64,000 nucleotides of DNA from Desulfuromonadales bacterium (GTDB taxonomy: Bacteria; Desulfobacterota; Desulfuromonadia; Geobacterales; Pseudopelobacteraceae). The stretch spans positions 94,726-158,725 of the forward strand of contig DUZS01000004.1 in NCBI GenBank assembly GCA_013349405.1, in the 5' to 3' direction. The notes under the pieces are model-generated. The model searched no databases. It saw only the letters and a list, made by a program, of their open reading frames with translations, and was not told where the DNA came from. Positions 60,991-64,000 of this stretch are shown here, piece after piece; the stretch's first letter is position 1, and each line of letters starts with the position of its first letter. Both the position numbers and the translations under genes were made by a program.

Positions 60991-61197
60991 TCAATCGCAA
61001 TCAAGGAATTCTGGTTTTGACTTTTTAACATGATGTATTTTTTGAATCAGATCATCAACCTTGACCCGCATCGCACGGGTATCGTGATGTTCGGCACAAA
61101 TCGAACCGTCATCTACCCATTTCAGGATAAGTGGCGTTTCCAGGCAATATGTTGCGACCGCATTTTCAATTGACGTCCAGGTTGTTTCAGATGACAT
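60991..61197 (-). CDS. small protein, possibly an excisionase/MerR-like HTH protein (68 aa)
   Basis: AAGGAGA lies upstream. SIENAVATYCLETPLILKWVDDGSI...RVKVDDL resembles the HTH_17 pattern. The assignment is weak. Confidence 0.45.
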   Translation of the reverse strand: MSSETTWTSIENAVATYCLETPLILKWVDDGSICAEHHDTRAMRVKVDDLIQKIHHVKKSKPEFLDCD

Positions 61198-61273
61198 GAC
61201 GAATCTCCTTTTTCAGTAAGCGTTCCATTGGGTGCATGCGTTGCTGTGAGCATGTTCTGCCAGGAAGCGATAT

Positions 61274-61290
61274 CGCAACTAACGTGCCAT
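61274..61290 (-). promoter_or_regulatory. sigma-54 -24/-12 promoter candidate (four small genes 61197-59764)
   Basis: Minus strand reads ATGGCAC-GTTAG-TTGCG, about 75 nt upstream of ATG 61197. Confidence 0.75.
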
Positions 61291-61315
61291 AGAATAACTA
61301 CAGAAATTGCGCTCT

Positions 61316-61332
61316 CAAGAGTCTGATTTTAA
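61316..61332 (-). promoter_or_regulatory. IHF-like site
   Basis: CAAGAGTCTGATTTTAA is identical to 10649-10665 and sits at the same offset from the -24 box. Confidence 0.45.
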
Positions 61333-61516
61333 TGGGTTTAAATCGAGTGAAAGGTTCTGAGTGAAGGGGTCGCCGCCATCGCCTCCCGTCATATTTGGCA
61401 GTTGCGTTAGGCGTGACGGGTTCCGCATATAAATTCGGCTTTACGCTTTACGCATATTTTATATTTATCCGTTTACAAACAGACCGTTGCAATTGCAACG
61501 CCCGCATATTTTTTTC

Positions 61517-61532
61517 TGGCACTCTCGTTGCT
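61517..61532 (+). promoter_or_regulatory. sigma-54 -24/-12 promoter candidate (41-aa ORF)
   Basis: TGGCAC-TCTCG-TTGCT, identical to 10850-10864. Confidence 0.75.
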
Positions 61533-61628
61533 CTGAACAATACTTTGAAAGAAATATAATTTCACTTGTTGAGGGTAATACCGTTCACTGAAGCCGTACG
61601 TGAACAGTATTGCAGCTAAAGAGGCCTT

Positions 61629-61754
61629 ATGATGGATCATACTGACGGCTGGATGGGTGGATGGATGGGCGGACAGATGTCGATTTGGATGGTACTCGCC
61701 ATTCTGGTGGTAGTTGTTGTCGTGATCAAGAGTCTGACCAGAAAAAAATCGTGA
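61629..61754 (+). CDS. 41-aa single-TM small protein (below the ORF-track cutoff)
   Basis: MMDHTDGWMGGWMGGQMSIWMVLAILVVVVVVIKSLTRKKS. AAAGAGG lies 4 nt upstream, about 85 nt after the predicted sigma-54 transcription start. Confidence 0.45.
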   Translation: MMDHTDGWMGGWMGGQMSIWMVLAILVVVVVVIKSLTRKKS

Positions 61755-62075
61755 GTTGCCGACAGCCAAACCTGGAAACCAAAGTAACGCGCACACGATC
61801 GGCTTGCAAGGCGAACACCCCCAGGAAGCGAAGCTAGGCCCATGCTTGATTATTTGATCAATTCTGTAGGTAGCCTTGGTCACAGGGCTATCCTGCACGA
61901 CACTATCGTGAAAATTGCATAAGCAACACCGTACACCAATCACCGCCCGTCATATATGGTCATTATGCTAAATACAACGGTTTCTGCTGGCGACTTCACT
62001 TTCACCACCCGTTCCGAATATTATAGTATCTATTAAAAACAGCTTGTTAGGCTGCAAAGAATCCAAAGATTATCT

Positions 62076-62091
62076 TGGCGTGGTAATTGCG
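62076..62091 (+). promoter_or_regulatory. sigma-54 -24/-12 promoter candidate upstream of dnaK
   Basis: TGGCGT-GGTAA-TTGCG, about 70 nt upstream of the ATG. Confidence 0.55.
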
Positions 62092-62160
62092 TTTACCTTC
62101 TATTGAATTTAATTTCATTATAATCGTCACAAAAAAAGGCAAAAAAGGAGATCTACAGCC

Positions 62161-64000
62161 ATGAGTAAAGTAATCGGAATTGATCTTGGAACAACCAACT
62201 CCTGCGTTTCAATCATGGAGGGTGGCGAGCCGATCGTTATCGCCAACTCCGAAGGAAACCGCACAACGCCTTCGATGGTGGCAATTTCGGACAGCGGTGA
62301 ACGTCTGGTGGGACAACAGGCCAAACGCCAGGCGGTCACAAACCCGGAAAACACCCTCTATTCAATCAAGCGCCTGATTGGGCGAAAGTTCGATACTGAA
62401 GCGGTGAAAAAGGACATCGCCATTTCTCCATTCAAGATTGTCAAGGCTGATAACGGCGATGCCTGGGTCGAGGTGCGCGGCAAGCGCTATTCAGCCCCGG
62501 AAATCTCGGCAATGATCCTGCAAAAAATGAAGAAAACAGCCGAGGATTATCTGGGCACGACTGTTACCGATGCGGTCATTACCGTGCCGGCCTATTTCGA
62601 CGATTCCCAGCGTCAAGCGACCAAGGATGCCGGCAAGATCGCCGGACTAAACGTCTTGCGCATCATCAATGAGCCGACGGCTGCCGCATTGGCCTATGGA
62701 CTCGATAAGAAGAAGGACGAAAAGATTGCCGTATTCGATCTGGGTGGCGGCACCTTCGACGTCTCAATTCTCGAACTGGGCGACGGTGTCTTTGAAGTCA
62801 AATCGACCAACGGCGATACATTCCTGGGTGGAGAGGATTTTGATCAGTTGATCATTGACTGGATCGCAGATGAATTCAAAAAGGATCAGGGTATCGATCT
62901 GCGCAGTGACAAAATGGCACTTCAGCGTCTCAAGGAAGCTGCAGAAAAGGCCAAATGTGAACTCTCGACATCTGTGGAGACCGATATTAATCTCCCCTTC
63001 ATCACCGCCGCCGCCTCCGGGCCGAAGCACCTGACCCTCAAGCTCTCCCGCGCCAAACTGGAGTCAATTTGCGCCGAACTGTTGGCCAGGCTGGATGGCC
63101 CCTGCCGCACTGCACTCAAGGACGCAGGGCTGAGCGCCAGTGAAATCAACGAGGTTATCCTCGTGGGCGGCATGACCCGTATGCCGGCCGTACAGAAAAA
63201 AGTTGAGACAATATTTGGCAAGGTCCCCAACAAAGGCGTCAACCCCGACGAGGTTGTTGCCATCGGTGCCGGCATCCAGGGGGGCGTTCTTACCGGAGAC
63301 GTCAAGGATGTCCTGCTCCTCGATGTCACACCACTCTCGCTCGGTATCGAGACCCTTGGCAGTGTTATGACCAAACTGATCGAAAAGAACACCACTATCC
63401 CCTGCCGCAAGAGTCAAACCTTCTCCACCGCCTCAGACAACCAGGCGGCGGTATCGATTCACGTCCTTCAGGGTGAACGTGAAATGTCCCGTGACAACAA
63501 GACCATCGGCAACTTTGAGCTGACCGGCATTCCGGCAGCACCGCGTGGCGTCCCGCAGGTTGAGGTAACTTTTGATATTGACGCGAACGGCATTGTCCAC
63601 GTTTCTGCCAAGGACCTCGGCACCGGCAAGGAACAGTCCATCAGCATCACGGCATCGTCAGGGCTGTCCAAGAGTGAAATTGAAAAGATGGTTCGTGACG
63701 CAGACGCCCATGCCGACGAGGACAAAAAGAAGCGTGAAATCATAGAGGTCCGTAACCATGCTGACAGCCTGGTCTACAGCACCGAAAATTCACTGAAAGA
63801 GTTCGGTGCTAAAATAGATGCCGTGGAAAAGGCTGCTATCGAAAATAAACTGGCCGAATTGAAAAAACTCATGGAAGGCGAAGATGCCGAGGCAATCAAG
63901 AAGGCCACCGATAATCTGGCCCAATCTGCACACAAGCTGGCAGAGGCCATATACGCCAAGGAAAAAACCGGCTGTGCTGACGGGTCCTGCGGGGACTCCT
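62161..64000 (+). CDS. dnaK: molecular chaperone DnaK (Hsp70), 3' end off the right edge
   Basis: Manual translation gives [22 protein letters not shown]..., [12 protein letters not shown] and [17 protein letters not shown] lies upstream. It is absent from the ORF track because no stop lies in the window. Confidence 0.95.
   Translation, partial: MSKVIGIDLGTTNSCVSIMEGGEPIVIANSEGNRTTPSMVAISDSGERLVGQQAKRQAVTNPENTLYSIKRLIGRKFDTEAVKKDIAISPFKIVKADNGDAWVEVRGKRYSAPEISAMILQKMKKTAEDYLGTTVTDAVITVPAYFDDSQRQATKDAGKIAGLNVLRIINEPTAAALAYGLDKKKDEKIAVFDLGGGTFDVSILELGDGVFEVKSTNGDTFLGGEDFDQLIIDWIADEFKKDQGIDLRSDKMALQRLKEAAEKAKCELSTSVETDINLPFITAAASGPKHLTLKLSRAKLESICAELLARLDGPCRTALKDAGLSASEINEVILVGGMTRMPAVQKKVETIFGKVPNKGVNPDEVVAIGAGIQGGVLTGDVKDVLLLDVTPLSLGIETLGSVMTKLIEKNTTIPCRKSQTFSTASDNQAAVSIHVLQGEREMSRDNKTIGNFELTGIPAAPRGVPQVEVTFDIDANGIVHVSAKDLGTGKEQSISITASSGLSKSEIEKMVRDADAHADEDKKKREIIEVRNHADSLVYSTENSLKEFGAKIDAVEKAAIENKLAELKKLMEGEDAEAIKKATDNLAQSAHKLAEAIYAKEKTGCADGSCGDS

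Noticed and set aside
61473-61943. A 156-aa minus-strand ORF covering the 61517 promoter and the 41-aa plus-strand ORF.
   Set aside because: It has no SD and an odd Cys/His/Trp-rich composition. It would be transcribed towards the divergent promoter region without a promoter of its own. The plus-strand small ORF with SD and sigma-54 promoter explains the region better.
61755-62160. A CIRCE or sigma-32 heat-shock control region, or a tRNA or other small RNA, in the long dnaK upstream region.
   Set aside because: No CIRCE inverted repeat, no convincing CTTGAA/CCCCAT pair and no cloverleaf-compatible sequence was seen by eye. Only the sigma-54-type match stands out.

Overview
This 64-kb window looks like chromosomal DNA from a Gram-negative bacterium, probably Desulfuromonadota/Geobacter-like. 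That placement is inferred from a cGAMP-type GEMM-I riboswitch, a PEP-CTERM protein and very heavy sigma-54 usage. I count about 50 protein genes and find no rRNA, tRNA, CRISPR array, transposase or integrase. The ORF track omits two genes that run off the window edges. One is a giant cyclic beta-1,2-glucan synthase (1-8607, minus strand, 2869 codons in the window). The other is dnaK (62161 to the right edge).

Gene content is dominated by envelope, osmotic and general stress, and lipid-remodelling functions:
- csbD-BON-yihY-ndvB
- an AI-2E transporter with pssA
- PAP2, a PLA2-like protein and an outer membrane protein
- Usp, a P-type ATPase and a GGDEF protein
- Pal and OmpA proteins
- an AMP-ligase/ACP/acyltransferase fusion
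- DUF748, MFS, a hydrolase and MlaA

The window also holds one signalling block (CheB/CheR-PAS, a CHASE3-PAS hybrid kinase and an NtrC-type sigma-54 activator) and a HicAB pair.

Main observations:
1. There are 19 sigma-54 (-24/-12) promoter matches, about one per transcription unit. Five sit in back-to-back cassettes with near-constant geometry, shared upstream boxes and IHF-like sites.
2. A 35-nt terminator-like hairpin with a C-rich loop lies directly downstream of two near-identical sigma-54 promoters and again at gene 3' ends.
3. A GEMM-I riboswitch with the A20 (cGAMP-type) signature sits in series with a sigma-54 promoter.
4. Five DUF3494 (ice-binding-like beta-helix) paralogs each carry a different anchoring module.
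5. Several unannotated small ORFs and uORFs are present.

All functional calls come from reading motifs by eye. No database search was run.
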